DNA from: Octopus vulgaris
Lineage: Eukaryota
DNA: 64,000 nucleotides
NCBI GenBank assembly: GCA_951406725.2
Contig: OX597816.1
Location: 180,482,001 to 180,546,000 of the forward strand
Direction of reading: 5' to 3'
How positions within the stretch are numbered: the first letter of the stretch is position 1; the number at the start of each line of letters is the position of its first letter. Of the stretch, positions 1-12,868 are shown piece after piece. The notes beneath the pieces are model-generated. The model had not been told where the DNA came from, ran no database searches, and saw only the letters and a list, made by a program, of their open reading frames with translations. The translations under genes were made by a program, and so were the position numbers.

Positions 1-550
1 TGCTGGTTTTCTCTCAGAAATGTTATTCTTCATCTTGTCATTCTGGCAGGAGAGATGAAATTAACATAATTGTATGTCTTAATTATAGTCCACTATCAAT
101 AAAAAAAAAGACTTACTTAATTCATTAAGGCTCGTTTTAACTAGATGAGAAATGTTTGCTTCATTTTTGATCTCTAACAACTACAACACTTGAGAAAATA
201 AAAACCAATTCCTAGGTTTACTTTCTTGTAAGCTGATTGCTTATTTATTGTTTCTTGTAGCCCTTGAGCCAAGCACACTTCTCGGTAAAAATCTCCAGCC
301 ATTTTCAAATGTTAACACGTCATCAATATTAATGGCTACTTAAGACCACCACATCTGACCTTTGCTAAAATATCTTTAACTTCTGGATATTACCATTTAT
401 TAATCATTCAATTCTTAAGTTTCCTAGATTTGCTGGTTGGTCTGTTTGTTATTTGTTATAAATGCTAACTACCATTATAACATATCTGCTAGGTCATTAC
501 ACTCGTGAATGATAAATTCTGTTTTTTTTTCTTATCCATCTTTTCTACAG

Positions 551-658
551 CCTCCATTTGATGGAGAAGATGAAGAAGAACTGTTCACCTCCATCACAGA
601 CCACAATGTTTCTTACCCCAAGTCTATGTCTCGAGAAGCTGTGTCAATTTGTAAAGGA
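551..658 (+). CDS. PRKCB: Conventional protein kinase C (PRKCA/PRKCB-like), internal kinase-domain exon: [36 protein letters not shown]
   Basis: Acceptor ttttctacag (541-550) and donor gtaagc (659). 108 nt, phase 0/0. The peptide is the typical cPKC kinase C-lobe segment [12 protein letters not shown]...YPKS.S.EAV.ICKG. The symbol is for the closest vertebrate paralog; an invertebrate cPKC is co-orthologous to PRKCA/B/G. Confidence 0.95.
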
Positions 659-1417
659 GTAAGCATTTTGAACCGTATAATGTTTTTTACTCAACATGTC
701 TTTATTCATCATCATCATCATCATCATCATCTACAGCAGCAGCATTGTCCTACCCATGTTTTTCCTTATTGTCATCATCGCCATCATTATTGTCATCAAT
801 AAAAATCAGTAACATCAGAAATATCATTGAAATTTCCCTCAAATAACATCCTACCATCTTAAAAAAGGAAAGGATAGCCTCATTTATTATGTCATCCTGC
901 TCACCTTCTAAAACCACAGGCTGGTTGCAGCTGGAATATGTTCTGTCATAAGTTTGCTCAATCAGGGTTGACCGAGGCTAAACAGTAATGCCTTCACACC
1001 ACCACCACCATCATCATCATTGCAATTGCTACCATAACTATCAATATCATCATCAGTCAGTATCATTAAGGCTTTGTCAACCTTGATTTTCCTTACGCTT
1101 TCATTATTCTACAAAATGCTAATATACCATTATCATCATCATCATCATCATCATCATCTTGTGTTTAAAGCCTGCTCAGATTAACTTTGCTTTTCACTCT
1201 CCCAAGACTGATAAAGCAAGTGATGAGGGATGAGTTGATGTAATCAATGCTCCTTTATGACTTCAATCCAGTGACTGAAGCAAATAATAAAGTAAAAGAA
1301 TATAAACTTCTAAATTCATTTCTATTTTTTTTTTAAATAAATAAATGACCAAAGTACAAATAAATTTCCCAGTTTTTCCAAATTTATTTACTATTTCCTT
1401 GTCACTTCATTTTCAAG

Positions 1418-1558
1418 TTACTTACCAAAAACCCCTCCAAGCGTCTTGGCTGCACTAACAATGGTGAACGAGATATCAAAGATCATGCTTTCTTCAGACG
1501 CATTGATTGGGCAAAAGTGGAAAGTCGAGATGTACAGCCACCATATAAACCTAAAATA
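1418..1558 (+). CDS. PRKCB: Conventional PKC, last constitutive exon: [47 protein letters not shown]
   Basis: Acceptor cattttcaag (ends 1417) and donor gtgagt (1559). 141 nt, phase 0/0, in frame with the previous exon. Contains [14 protein letters not shown] and the PxxP motif (QPPYKPK) of the AGC C-tail. Confidence 0.95.
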
Positions 1559-2859
1559 GTGAGTATATATATCTACACATACATACATACATTCACCTTT
1601 TATTAATGGTTCTTCCTTGCTTTCTTCCCTTCTTTATCTGCTGTTTCTTTGGATTTCTGATCATCATATATTCTTGGTTATACAAGTTACTGGGTGGCAT
1701 CAAACATGACCTGACATCAAATGTTATCTTTTGTAGCTATCCAGTCAATGATGAAATAGGAAACAGTTGCTTACATAATGCCACATTGCCATCATGTTGT
1801 AATTGTTTCAACCAATATCAGAGACCAGAGAAATCTACTAACTTATAGGTTAATACCTAATTAAGAAACCTTCATTTGTTATAATTAATGAGTAGAGTGT
1901 TTTTAATAGATTCTGTGTGATGATTCGCGTTTCCCTGCCCCTGCTAACTTGGCTATAATCCACCACCTGCCTCACCTACCCTCTATAGACTTCATGGTGA
2001 TGACGTTCTCTCTGTAGCCCCAACAATCCAATGGCTTACGCAACTCACAGACATTGTTTCTTTCTCTCACTTAAACTGTTTTTTTTTAATGTATTTTTAA
2101 TTGTTTGTTGGTAGATATACCAAAACTTGTTATGATATGAAAATGTTTTATTAATGTACATACATGAAAGTTACAACTGTGTTAAATCATCAATAGATGT
2201 GTGTGTGTGTGTGTGTGTTTATATACAAAGAAACCTGTGTTGGCATGTCTAGATATCAAATGTTATATTTGATACCATTTTTTTTATTAACTCTCAACCC
2301 TATCTTCTGTTCAAATTACCTAAACGCATTCCGTTTGTTCAGTGGAACCTACCAAGGCTTTCCTTTACGAAATTGCTGTTTGTCAAACATTCTCCAACTG
2401 TTACACCCATACACACTCACATAACACACAGATTTGTGTTTTGGGTTATATATATGTATGTTATAATATACCATATGTGTATTGTATATAATTCAGTTGA
2501 TTGAATAAATTGATTCACAAAATTGTACATACACAGTTTTGTATATGGAGTTTGTGATTCATATATGTACAATCTTGTATACATATATATATAAACTACA
2601 CAAATTATATTTATAGTTTTGTATATAAAGTTCATAAAGTTGAATAGATTTTGTATTTTTGATGGCTCTAAATAGTCATTCAATGTACTTCTTCCATCTT
2701 GTTACAAAAGTCTCTGCTGTAAGCATTACAATTCAATTTAACAGCTTGTTCACTTCTGTGAACTTTAAGTTGACATGCATATAACACACACACACACACA
2801 CACACAGCACACGCACACATACGCATGCATAGATTGTGTTGTTCCCCAGTATATTTAAA

Positions 2860-3090
2860 GGCGGCGAGCTGGCAGAAACGTTAGCACGCCGGGCGAAATG
2901 CTTAGCGGTATTTCGTCTGCCGTTACGTTGTGAGTTCAAATTCCGCCGAGGTCGACTTTGCCTTTCATCCTTTTGGGGTCGATAAATTAAGTACCAGTTA
3001 CGCACTGGGGTCGATGTAATCGACTTAATACCTATGTCTGTCCTTGTTTGTCCCCTCTGTGTTTAGCCCCTTGTGGGCAATAAAGAAATA
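2860..3090 (+). mobile_element. Young tRNA-derived SINE with 12-bp TSD
   Basis: A/B-box-like head (TGGCAGAAACG...GAGTTCAAATTCC) and central gccttTCATCCTTTtGGGGTCGATAAA domain. CpGs are intact. Flanked by the direct repeat agtatatttaaa (2848-2859 and 3091-3102). Related copies lie at 40.8, 45.5-47 and 55.8-56.2 kb. Confidence 0.85.
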
Positions 3091-5147
3091 AGTATATTTA
3101 AATGTGTAACTTCACACATATTTACATAATTCTGTTGTTACTTTATTGAGCAGTTTGGCAATTCTTTTAGACATTAAAAAAATGCAGTATTATATATCTC
3201 TACATATATATTTGACATGGGTGATTCTTTCTTGTCTTGGGATTCACGGTCAAATGGCTGGGTGGAATTGCGTGAAAAATGACACAGATGTGTAGAATGA
3301 TCCAGTGTTGATGCTGGGCTTTGTATTTTTTTCATAGCTCCCATGGTTACCGAGATAATCTACTATAATAATACTCTTGTGTTTATGAATAAGAAAGGAA
3401 GGGGTGATAAATGAATAAGGAAGGAAGGGGTGATGTCATACTTGGTAGTGGGATGGTGAAAACTGTACGCTAAAAAATAAATCAAACAGTGTTTCAACTC
3501 TGTGTGAATATATGTGTTTATGTGAATGTGTGTGTATGTGCACGTGCAATTAAGTGTGATCTTTGTTCCCTTAGTATTTGGATTTATTTTTTGATTTGAT
3601 TGAATCTTGGGTGTTTTTTTTTTTTGTTGGCCAGTTATTTTTTAGCATTTTTATAGAAAAAAGTCATTCTAAAATTATTTTTTAATGTAAGCATGCCCAA
3701 ACAAGTCAAATGCTTACACAAAGCAGGTTTTACAGCCACATCATCTTAACTGACCAGGTGAAACTGGGCTCCTAGTGTGTAATGTGTTCTAACGAATTTT
3801 TCCACCCTCTAGGCTTAAAAGCCCTTATTGTTGGTTTCCTTGTCCTATTTTTTCTTCATTTGTATTGCTTTTACGTCCTGTTCTTGTCACTTGTTTTACC
3901 CCTCTGCAAAAGAATTTTATTTAATTCCTTTTGCAGAAAGGATTCTTCGGTCGGGTCGTGTTCTGCCCTTACCTTCGAAACACGCATTGAGTCAAAACAG
4001 GGGCAGCTGAAGAAGGGGAATATTCCTTGAATTGGTTGTCTTGTAATCTGTTTTTTCGTTGTTAAAAAAAGTCCGTTTCCTTGTTTGATTTTATGTTTTC
4101 GTTTCTTGTGTTCTACATTTATTTGTGGTGTCCTGTACTCATATATGCATTTATATATACATATAGATGTAGGTATGTGCATATATGTATGTATATATGC
4201 ATATGTTTTATTTATTAAATTGTTATTATATATATATGTATATATATATATATATCCTATTTATTCTAGTTACATTTTGTTCTTGTAATACATATAATAC
4301 TGCACATATAGAGATAAGCTTACCACGTATAAACACATGGAAAGCAATTTTATGGACCATTTTTGATGCTAAGAAAAGAAGAAAATATATGTGAGAGAGC
4401 ACTTACACTTAAAATTATAGCAAAACAGGTTTGGGTCTTATTTCTCAAAGTAGGCAACCCCTGCTCTACAGGCTGTCCTTTCCTTCTAAACTTACATCTG
4501 TGTGGAACAACTCTCTCACTCTTTTCATGTTTATTCTTCAAGCATTAGCCTTCACAAATTCACACTGGATATTCAACCACATCAATCTCACCGATGTAAG
4601 GAAACCATTTAGTGGTCACTAAAGGATATGTAGATTGGGGACGGCAATTCATAGATCACATATTTAGATTTATTTTAGAAAATTTCATTCTGTTTCCAGG
4701 CAGGTCACATTAGATTTCATTATTCTTAACTGTCAGGAATATTATCTACTACAAGGTTCATCTTTGGTTAACTGACAAAGTTCTATCATTGACACAAGAA
4801 TTAAACAGTGTTCTTTAAAAGAGATTCCTGAGTGTAGCAGAGATATTGACATTTAAACTATTCTTTAGATAATTCCTTTTATTGGTTTCAGTTATTAAAC
4901 TACAATTGAACTAAGGCAATCCACATTTATTGATTCTAATGAATATATCAATCCCAATACTTATGGGGTTGTTTTATACGTATTTTAGCAATCTCCTCTA
5001 ATTATCAAATGGATAAAAAAGAAAAATCTATTGGTATAAAAGGTTGCAGCAATCTCCTAATTGAGTGATAATTATCATCATCATCGTCGTTTAACGTCCG
5101 TTCTCCATGCTATGCATGGGTATATATAATACCTATTTGATATATAG

Positions 5148-5545
5148 GTGCAGGCATGGCTGTGTGGTAAGAAACTTGCTTCCCTACCACATGGTTCCAG
5201 GTTCTGTCCCACTGCAAGACACCTTCAGCAAATGTTTTCTACTATATTTTTGGGCCAACCAAAGCCTTCTGAGCGGATTTGGTAGATGGAAACTGAAAGA
5301 AGCACATCACATATATATATTTGTGTGTCTTTCTGTCTCTGTTTACCCCACCACCACTTGACAATCGATGTTGGTGTGTGTTTACATCCTCATAAATTTG
5401 TGGTTCAGCAAAAGAGACCAATAGAATAAGTTCTAGGCTTGCAAAGAGTAAGTTCTGGGGTCAATTTCTATGACTAAAACCCTTTAAGCTGGAGCTCCAG
5501 CATGGCTGCAGTCAAATGACTGAAACAAGTAAGGAATAAAAGAAT
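5148..5545 (+). mobile_element. tRNA-derived SINE, second family
   Basis: Head gcaggcatggctgtgtggtaagaa...ggttc.gtccca. Homologous copies in the window at about 5790-6100 (-), 9730-10710 (-), 20345-20510 (+) and 62155-62522 (-). Confidence 0.7.
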
Positions 5546-5789
5546 AGTAAAGCTGTGTGTTCTGGTGGTTATGGTGTTTCACTCACAATTGAATGATCAT
5601 GGTTTCAAATCTTGGACCAAGTGGTGCAATTGTCTTTTTCAGCAAAACGCATCATCCATGTTGCCCTGCATTAGTTTGGCATCTCATGTGGGACACACTT
5701 TGTGCCTGCAGAGGCACTGGGGAGAGAGTGAGCAAGCAATTTCAGAATCTTTATCTGTCATCTTTGACAGGAGAGTCTACCATTCATAT

Positions 5790-6100
5790 ATTTCTTTCAC
5801 TTGTTTCAGTCATTTGACCACAGCCATGCTGGAGCACTGCCTTAAAACGTTTTTTTTAATTGAAGAAATCAATCCCAAGACTTATTTTTTAAACCACGTA
5901 CTTATTTTAATCATCTCTTTTGCTGAACCACTAAGTTATGAGGATGTAAACACACTGACATCGGTTCTCAAGCAATGATGGGGGGGGGGACAAACACAGC
6001 CACAAAGACACACACATACATACACGCACACACTCACTCACAACAGACTTCTTTTAGTTTCCATCTACCAGAACCATTCAAAAGGCTTTAGTCAACCCTA
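5790..6100 (-). mobile_element. SINE (same family as 5148-5545), inverted and 5'-truncated
   Basis: acttgtttcagtcatttgaccacagccatgctggagc is the reverse complement of the 3' end of the 5148-5545 copy. Confidence 0.65.
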
Positions 6101-6665
6101 AAGACATATATATATTTAGGAAATACTGAAAAAAAGCTGAAAATGTGTCAAAATTTTCTTTGATTTATATACTTCTATTGGGTAATTAAAACAAACTTTT
6201 TAGTGTAAGCAGAGAATAATTGTATTTTATGTGTTAATATGTATACAAAATATAAAGATATAAAGATACGCTTTCACAGAATAAATGTTTTTATATCATA
6301 GTTCAACTGAAATTAAATTGGTATATGTATTCTTAAGGTGAGTTTGACATATATAATTTACATAAACATAAATAACAAAAGTGATGGAAGCGAACAAGGA
6401 AAAATAAGGAATCATATGTTGCTTTAGTTTTTTGTATTGAAAAAGGTAATTAGTATGTACATCTTTGAGTTTTGTAGTTAAAAATGATTTTTTTTTTTCT
6501 GGTGGGGCAGATATTATAGGAAAAAGTCATTTAACTGAGCTGGATCTTGTTTTGCGAATTTCAGCTTTTTTGCTTTTTTTCAAAGTCTTATGTAATTTTC
6601 CATTTTTTCCTTATTTAAAATCATGTGCAGTTTTGTGATTAAATTGGCATGTCAGTATATATATA

Positions 6666-7187
6666 TATCTGTAAATATAATATGTGACAATTATTTGGTA
6701 GCCATGATAAAACTCAGAGTTTTGGATGTCGGGGTGGAAACCCACGCTGGCATCCCTTCAGTTATCTGGCCATCGAAAAAAATGCTATGAAAATGACTGT
6801 TAAAACAAAGGGAAATTACTGTGTGATTGACTGTTATTAAGACAAAAGAGCTATTAGGATGACTGCTAAGTAAGGGGAGGGAGTAAAGGTAAGGGAGTAA
6901 AAATGTTCATAGTGGGTGGACATGCACACGTACGCGAATACTATGAACATTTTTTACTCCTTACCTTTACTCCCTCCCCTTACTTAGCAGTCATCCTAAT
7001 AGCTCTTTTGTCTTAATAACAGTCAATCAAACAGTAATTTCCCTTTGTTTTAACAGTCATTTTCATAGCATTTTTTTCAATGGCCAGATAACTGAAGAGA
7101 TGCCAGCGTGGGTTTCCACCCCGACATCTGAAACTCTGAGTTTTATCATGGATACCAAATAATTGTCACATATTATATTTACAGATA
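6666..7187. repeat. Long near-perfect inverted repeat (arms 6666-6913 / 6940-7187, 26-nt loop); fold-back Penelope-pLTR-like element
   Basis: Arms of about 248 bp are reverse complements, with roughly 6 substitutions and 2 single-base indels by eye. (TA)n on the left; an unpaired extension of about 65 nt on the right. Confidence 0.95.
7087..7147 (+). ncRNA. Type-I hammerhead ribozyme-like motif (mirror copy at 6706-6766 on the - strand)
   Basis: gataa-CTGAAGA-gatg...catc(t)-GAAA-ctctgag-TT-ttatc. Stem I gataa/ttatc, stem III ACTC/GAGT, GUU cleavage triplet. The stem II junction is off by one nt from canonical. Confidence 0.6.
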
Positions 7188-7264
7188 AATTCCTCTATTT
7201 ACATAATATTGAGGTCTCTTTCATTCTTTTGTTGTCTTACCATTTCTATCAATATACATATACG

Positions 7265-7930
7265 CAAAGAAGTGCAGATCTCTAACTGTGGAGGGAACCT
7301 GTGGTAGAGGTAGAGCCAGGAAGACATGGGACACGGTAGTGAAGCATGATCTTCGAACTTTGAGCCTCACAGAAGCCATGACCAATGATCAAGACCTTTG
7401 GCGATGTGCTGTGCTTGAGAGGACCTGCCAATTCAAGTGCTCCTGTACTGGTGGCATGTAAAGAACATCTTTTGAGTGATGAGCCTCATGGAAGCAAAGT
7501 GGCAGAGTTCCTTTTGAGTGTTGGTCTTGAAGAGGCAAAGTAGCTGAGTTCCTTTCGAGCGTTGGGCCTCACAGAGGTAAAGTGACTGAGTTCCCTTTTG
7601 AGTGTTGGGCCACATGGAGACAATGACCAAGACCTTTAGCATTATATCATACTTGAGAAGAAGACGCATCAAGTCAAGCAAAATTGCAGTCATGGCTGAT
7701 TTTGGTGTCATGCAAATTGGCACCCGTGCTGGTGGTACATAAAAGAACCCCAGTGTCATGCAAATGGCATCTGTGCCAGTGGCACGTAAAAGCACCCATT
7801 ACACTCTCAGAGTATCTAGCCATGCCAAATCAGACTGGAGTCTGGTGCATCCTTCCAGGATGCTAGTCTGGTCAAATCGTCCAACCCATGCCAGCATGGA
7901 CAACAGACGTTAAATGATGGTGGTGGTGGT
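7265..7930 (+). mobile_element. RTE-clade LINE 3' fragment (ORF end and 3' UTR)
   Basis: Encodes VEGTCGRGRARKTWDTVVKHDLRTL, homologous to the end of the 16570-16971 ORF. The 3' UTR has roughly 41-bp internal repeats and the conserved ccaacccatgccagcatgga...cgttaaatgatg end. Confidence 0.8.
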
Positions 7931-8311
7931 GTGTATATGTGTGTGTGTATACTGGTATCAGAGTGGTAAAATAGTTTTGGTATAAAACATTAAAAATATT
8001 TCCTGGCTTTCTGTCTTAAGCAATATTAGTATTTGGTTTCCATGTCAGAATTGGGAGAGTAAAAAGTGTGTATATAAGATGAAGTTCAATGTCTGTACAT
8101 TGATCATTGCATCTAAAGTCAGAAGATACTTTTATCCTGAACAGTTATTAGCATTATATAGTACTAATTTCAATCACATAAGAATATTCTCAGCACTACA
8201 GGAATTGAAAGCTATTTACACCACTACCTTACACTTTTTCTAGACTCCCATCCAAGGAAAGGCCACCCATCACCAACTCTAACAGTTTGTATTCTCACCT
8301 AGTTCTAAAAG

Positions 8312-8368
<57 letters not shown>

Positions 8369-9729
8369 CATACATACATACATACATAGTTTGTATGCAT
8401 ATAGCTGATGTTATGGAGGCCTAGTGTGCATACACACTATGCACATTATTGGGTCCCCTCTCCCAAATCAATTCCATTTGACATCCATTTTTCATTCTTA
8501 CCATTGTCACCTCCATCAATCTATATTTGCCACCAATATCCAGTCTTTCCTGTATTTTGTCAATCTTTTACTCTTCCCCCCACTCTCTTGTAGCTTTTAA
8601 TCCCTTCTCTTATCTCCCTACCACTCATCCTTCTTTCATTCTCCTATCTCCTGTATCATTCTGCTGCTGTAAGTAATTAAATCAGAATTTGTTACAAGTA
8701 TCACCATTTATGTACTGCTGAATTCTGCTCCCTCTCCTCCAATCTACTCCTAGTTGACATCCATCCATCATTCTTATCCTCATCAATCCATTTATATTTA
8801 CTATCAACTACACCCACTCTTGTTCACCATTTACTACATATATAAGCTGACAACCTCTATTCATGTTTATATCATCTCACTTGCCTGCTATATTCTCGCA
8901 ACCCTGGCTTTTCCTGCTGATCAAGACATAGTCTTCTGGCCTATTAGATCCTGTCAAACCACCCAACCCATACCAGTTGGAAAGCAGACATTAAAATTAT
9001 AATACTGAATTGTCCCCACCAAAATTCACTTGGTATACTGGCCTCACACCTTCCATTCCTTCAATCTTTCTTCTCCGAGACCCACTTCCCTTAGAAATTT
9101 TTAACCTTTCTCTCTTTTCTCTTGTATCACCATTGACCAACCAAAGAATTCCAAGCATAAATTAACCACACTCTCTCTGCTTGTATACACATATCCTGTC
9201 TGTGGGAGAAGTAAAAGAAGGCTATGAACAATGTGCATCTCCCTAGATAAAATAAAGTTACATGTAATTGTTGTATTTTTAAAATTATATTTTTAATTAT
9301 TTCTCATACAAGATACAAAAACTAATATTGGAAAGTGAAGTTTATTGATTCTTCAGTAATAAGAAACTGTATGTCAAAGATGTCTTTCAACTTTTTACAT
9401 CATCCCTCTCATCTCTCCTCATCACAAATGTGATACACTTTTTATACACTTTAAATGCAATAACTTCCACTGAACAAAAATGATTCTTTTTTTTTCATCA
9501 GTTTTGCAATTTTCTTATCAATTTTTCTACCAATGTGTCATCTGATATTCTATTTTTTCTCTAGCTCTCCTGTCAAATGAAGTTTCAATACTACGTTGGT
9601 CCATCTCCCTATCTCTTTATTTTCTCATCATTCAGTGACTTATTGCTTTCCTAACCAAGACCAGATTAATATTCTCAGAGATAGGTCTTGAAATTTATGA
9701 TGTACATTGTAGAGTGTATGATCTTTTAT

Positions 9730-10710
9730 CTTTTATTTGTTCAGTTATTAGACTGTGGCCATGCTGGAGCATGGCCTTGAAGAATTTTAGTTGAATGAAT
9801 GAACCCCAGTACTTTTTTTTATTAATTTTTCAAGCCTAGTACTTATTCTATCAGTCTCTTTTACCAAGCTGCTAAGTTACAGGGACGTAAACACCATAAT
9901 ACCAGTTATCAAGCAGTGCTGGGGTACAGGCACAAACACACACACACATATGTACAAGAGGAAGTCGAAAATTATCTGCATTCATAACATATCTTTATTA
10001 TTGTAACACTGTCTTCTATATATGCGTTATTTATTATAGTTGGTACTATTGTGGTCATGTGATCGAAGTTTGAGCCATATTTCTTTCTGGTTTTACAGTC
10101 TAAGCATTGCCACTCCACTAGCAATGTGCACCAAAGAAGAACAAAGGACAATGATCTGATTTCTCTGGTCGAAAGGTGTGTCAGGTCCTGAAATTCATTG
10201 GAGGCTTTTATCACAATAGAGGACAGTGCACTACCATGCAGAAGTGTGGCCAGACAAGCATGATGCAAAAGAGGGAGCAGGACACCCATTAACCTCCACC
10301 ACTGACGATTCAGCAAGCTTGAAAGATTGGAATGGGGGACTGGTTTACATTACTATCTCTTGGATCATTGCTCTCTGTTCTTCTTTGGTGCCCATTGCTG
10401 GTGGAATGGCCATGCGTACACTGTAAAGCCAGAAAGAAAAATGGCATGATCAGGGTCAAACTTCGATCATGTGACCACAATAATATCACCTATAAGCACG
10501 TATGCTCAGAAGGCAGTGTGACAATTATAAAGATATGTTTTGGCAAAAGTGTGAATAATTTTTGACTTCCCCTTGTATATATATATATATATATATATAT
10601 ACACGACAGGCTTCTTTCAGAAGACACTTGCCCAAGGTACTTTGCAATGGAACTGAACCCAAAACCATGTGACTGGGAAGCAAACTTCTTAGCACACAGC
10701 CACTCTTGCA
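9730..10710 (-). mobile_element. tRNA-SINE interrupted by a mariner-type MITE
   Basis: SINE 3' part at about 9730-9950 and head at about 10600-10710 (ggaactgaacccaaaaccatgtgactgggaagcaaacttcttagcacacagccac). The MITE sits between them. Confidence 0.65.
9955..10575. mobile_element. Non-autonomous Tc1/mariner element (MITE) with long TIRs
   Basis: Ends TA|caagaggaagtcgaaaattat ... ataatttttgacttccccttg|TA. Diverged inverted arms of about 240 bp. TA target duplication. Confidence 0.85.
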
Positions 10711-10729
10711 CGTATGATGTTTATTTATG

Positions 10730-11190
10730 GAGGGCAAGAATGGATGAAGATAGTTGTGTGAAAAAGTGCCACACCCTAGCGGTTGAGGGAACCTGTGGAA
10801 GAGGCTGACCCAGGAAAACCTGGGACGAGGTGGTGAAGCACGACCTTCGAACTTTAAGTCTCACCGAGGAAATGACTAGAGACCGAGACCTTTGGAAGTG
10901 TGCTGTGCGTGAGAAGACCCGGCAGGACAAGTGAGACCATAACCTGTGGACTCTACATGGGATGTAGCCAGTCCACTTATGGATACCTTTCCTTCTTGGG
11001 ACACAAAAATCTACTTGTGAAGACCTGTTGAGGCAAGTGAGAATCGAAATCGATCAACATCAATGGAAATTGTAGCTGTGGTACGTAAGACAACCATCTG
11101 AACGTGGCCATTGCCAGCGCTGCCCAAACTGGCCTCCATGCCAGTGGCACGTAAAAAGCACCATCCGACCATGGCCATTGCCAGCCTCAC
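10730..11190 (+). mobile_element. RTE LINE 3' fragment
   Basis: Encodes RMDEDSCVKKCHTLAVEGTCGRG*PRKTWDEVVKHDLRTL, closely matching the RTE ORF end at 16570-16770. Confidence 0.85.
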
Positions 11191-12340
11191 TTAAGAAGAT
11201 TTTATATAGTGATGAAAAAAGCTTTTCCTGCAAATATTCAGGTTGGGCTTAGTCTCATCAGCCTTGGAAGGTTTGCTAATGCCATGGGTAATGCCTCTCC
11301 TTCCCTGACTGATCTGTAACAAAAATCTCTGGTGCTACTTATTCAGTTGATTTAATGTTTTGCAGCTGATTTAGGACCGGTTGGAACTTTTCAATAATAA
11401 CTGGCACTTTGATAATTATGCTAATTTGCTTCAAATATAAATATTTCTTTAAGAATTATTTAAATGTGTATATGAATGTTTAATCAAATAATCCAGTAAC
11501 AATTTTCTGTCAATCTCATGGATATCACAAATGAAGAGACACCACCCAGAAAATGATGTTGAGAAGCAATCAGGTTAAAAAACAGTTTTCGTGTATTATT
11601 TCAATAGCAACTGTTAAACATTCCACTTGTACAAATTCACCTATTATCATGTGTGATGTATATATTTGTACACACACGCGCGTGCATTCATGTATATATC
11701 ATAAATATATATATACATACACACACCCACACATAGCTGTACCATTCATTTGCCTTTAGCCTCTTTCTGAGAGCAGGTTTGTTTTTGTTTTTTTTTTGTC
11801 TTTCTCACCATGGAATAGAAATTAATTAATGTTCAGTTTTAACCATAAGAAGAAAAGTAAAATTTATTTAGAAATAAGTGTTCTATATGAGCAGTATATT
11901 TACTGGTTCATCAATTTTTTACACAATGGAATAAAGAAAATATTGTTTTCTCTTCTTTCTCTCTAAAATATCATTAAGTATGTGACTCAAGATATTATAT
12001 TCTTTGCATATGTTTAATACTTTTTTTTAACTCCATATCTATGGACAATCCTGTTTATGTTGCGTCACTTCAGCATGAACTAATGCATTGTTAGGTAATC
12101 AATGAAGGAATTATATTATCCAACTAAATGTCTTCATTTTACACCAGAAAGATAGGAGAAGGGGAGAAGGAAAAGAAAGAAAGAAAAAAGATGCTACCTC
12201 AATGTTTTAGAAATTGATAAAAACAATTCTGAGTATATCCATTTTTTTTTTTCTTTTTCTTGCTGCAAATTTAAAAGCCGAGAGTTCAGATTTGAGTTAT
12301 GATATCTTATGTAAGTTTTCTGTTTTCAGCCATATTTTAA

Positions 12341-12868
12341 CCCTGTAGCATTCAGATTACTCTCGTAAATTTAATGCTTATTTATTCAGATTGTTTTGAA
12401 TTAATTACACATTATTGTAGCTTCGAGTGAAGGCACATGACTTAGTGGTTAAAGCATTCGGTTGTGAATTCAATTCCCAGTAATATGTTAAAGCAAGATG
12501 CTTTATTTCACAGTGCTCCATTCTACTTGGCTGGCAAAAATGAGTTGTACCTGTATTCCAAAGGGCCAGCCTTGGCACATTCTGTGTCACACTGAATCTT
12601 CCTGAGAACTACATTAAGAGTATACATGTCTGTGGAGTTCTCAACCACTTGCACGTTAATTTCACAAACAGGCTGTTCCGTTGATTGGATCAACTGGAAC
12701 CCTTGTCATTGTAACTGACAGGGGACCAATTTTATCGTAGCTCCGAGATTTCAATGCCGTTTTTGTGTATTTTTAGAATGACATTGCAGAGTAGGTGTGA
12801 AAGGCTGCATCTGGCTGGCTTGAACATCAGTATTTGAGCTGGATGTAGTTGGTTTAAATGCTAAAAGT
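12341..12868. mobile_element. TTAA-flanked (piggyBac-like) MITE with a nested SINE
   Basis: TTAA|ccctgtagcatt ... aatgctaaaagt|TTAA. Same family at about 18961-19179 (opposite orientation) and 63907-64000. Confidence 0.65.
12428..12731 (+). mobile_element. tRNA-derived SINE nested in the MITE
   Basis: Head gacttagtggttaaagcattcgg...gaattcaattccc. Flanked by a 16-bp imperfect TSD ttattgtagcttcgag (12412-12427) / ttatcgtagctccgag (12732-12747). Confidence 0.7.

Noticed and set aside
509-802. 97-aa ORF with poly-His as a complete protein
   Set aside because: Only 551-658 is exon. The rest is intron read-through across a (CAT)n microsatellite.
2343-2460. Possible extra exon after ttgttcag (WNLPRLSFTK...)
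   Set aside because: No NFD, turn or hydrophobic motifs and no clear donor. Not distinguishable from chance.
2860-2950. tRNA gene
   Set aside because: The A/B boxes belong to a SINE head with a body, tail and TSD. No complete cloverleaf.
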